The notes under the pieces: generated by a model
The model's database searches: none
Told to the model about the DNA's origin: nothing
Seen by the model: only the letters and a program-made list of their open reading frames with translations
Position numbers and translations under genes: made by a program
Shown here: positions 62,670 through 64,000 of the stretch, piece by piece
Position numbering within the stretch: the first letter of the stretch is position 1
Layout: each line of letters begins with the position of its first letter
Origin: Amoebophrya sp. A120
Lineage: Eukaryota; Protista; Dinoflagellata
Length of the DNA stretch: 64,000 nt
Assembly: GCA_905178155.1 (NCBI GenBank)
Contig: CAJINV010000028.1
Span: 41,761-105,760, forward strand
Reading direction: 5' to 3'

Positions 62670-64000
62670 ATCGATGTTGTCGTCGGGGTTTAATATGAGA
62701 GTGTCATTGAGGAAATCTTCAAAATCGCAGTATACTCATGTACAGCATGCATCGCAGCTTTTTCTTCGTTCTTGTTTGAGTTTGGGGTGAGTCGGGTCAG
62801 TCATAATCAAGCAGTTCTTTCTTTCTTGTACCGCCATACACGCGTCTAGGAAATGAGTCACACTTGATTTTGATTTATTACAGGAGAATAACATTATCTT
62901 ACTTTGGTACTCGTACTAGAATGGAAGTATTTCACTAGCATTGAACTTTATTCATTTGAGGTGGAAGCTGTGCTTGTACGTGTGCTAAACGTGTATTCTT
63001 TATTGCGGAAAAACCGTTTGGAAAAGCAAAAGCCAGCCCGAAGAAAATTGCAAACTATTGCAGATGCGAGCAAGCCGCTTTTGAAAGAGTGGAAATCCGC
63101 TGTGGGAAAGATCTTCAAGGACCGGTCTGACCACTCCAAGTAGGAGATTTTTCTTGAATTATCTATTCCCGAGTTGCTCCCGCTCCGAGCGAGCTTTGCT
63201 TGTTCTTTCGTCTTTCATCTACTTAGTACGACCGGAATAAATTCTAATTCCTGAACTAGATCTTGAGTTTTGGGCCGTGTTGGAATCTATCTGTTTCTTT
63301 GGTAGACTGGTAGGATAAGTACGCATATCGAGCTTCCGAAAGCAACAAATACATCACGGACTCGCATCGCGTCTCGCAATGTTTGAAGACATTGCCTGCG
63401 CTACAACAACAACCACGACTGCATGCATATTTTCAGAGGCACCAGCTAGAAGACCGTTCGTTGGCCTACTGGGAGCAAGGCAGTGGATCGAACGTAGCAG
63501 ATCAGGACGAGCACTCTGCGTTGTGGTTATCCAGAACCGCATGTTGATCATGGTACAAAAATGAAATTCCTATGATCTATTTTTACTGAGTGCGTAGAAC
63601 CTATCCGTATCACGAACTCCCTAGAGTTCTAAATTCTGGCTCCAACAACTGACATCGGTCCAAATCAAAAAACAAGTTCTTGTTCTACTAAACTGTTACT
63701 TTATTAATATATTTATACCAGCCACCCCCCGGCGGAGGCCGCCGGGGAGGGAGGCTGTTCGGGGGAGGTGTTCCAACGGGGAAGGCAATGCCAAGGGTGG
63801 CGCGCCGCTGCACAGCCAAAAAAGCAGGCGGGGCCGCGCCGGTCTGACGGGGTTGGCCCAGAAAGCGTAGCGCACACACGCAGCGATACCGCCGCGGCCT
63901 GCGTTCTTTGTTTCCGAAAAAAGCAGCGCCCGGGGCCGGAGGTTGTTGGCCTTTCTTGGAGGGGGAGTTTGTTGCAGGTGTGCACCCTGAACAGGAGGAA

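Overview
Eukaryotic nuclear DNA. It is most consistent with a syndinean dinoflagellate (Amoebophrya-like); this is inferred from the many non-canonical introns with terminal inverted repeats (TIRs) and 5-bp direct repeats. Nearly all host genes are on the minus strand. They include a ~2,600-aa Cys-rich membrane protein with an MRH-like domain, a UIM-OTU-UBX deubiquitinase and several low-complexity unknown proteins, cut by about 25 introner-like elements. The main discovery is at 7.76-19.98 kb. An exact 28-bp sequence (ATCTTCGTGAAATCGTCCTCTTCCCTTT) occurs nine times in direct orientation and delimits a stack of 1.2-1.8-kb cassettes. Two cassettes encode an intact tyrosine recombinase. Two are deleted derivatives carrying a spliced CCCH zinc-finger ORF whose stop codon lies in the 28-bp site. 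The others carry unrelated cargo. The array sits inside a host reading frame that would be restored in frame by recombination between the outer sites, which looks like a eukaryotic integron-like, site-specific cassette-stacking system. The window also has a homogeneous 115-bp satellite (~14 copies) and several segmental duplications, one of which gives an empty-versus-filled pair for an introner. All domain calls are from motif recognition by eye; no database search was run.
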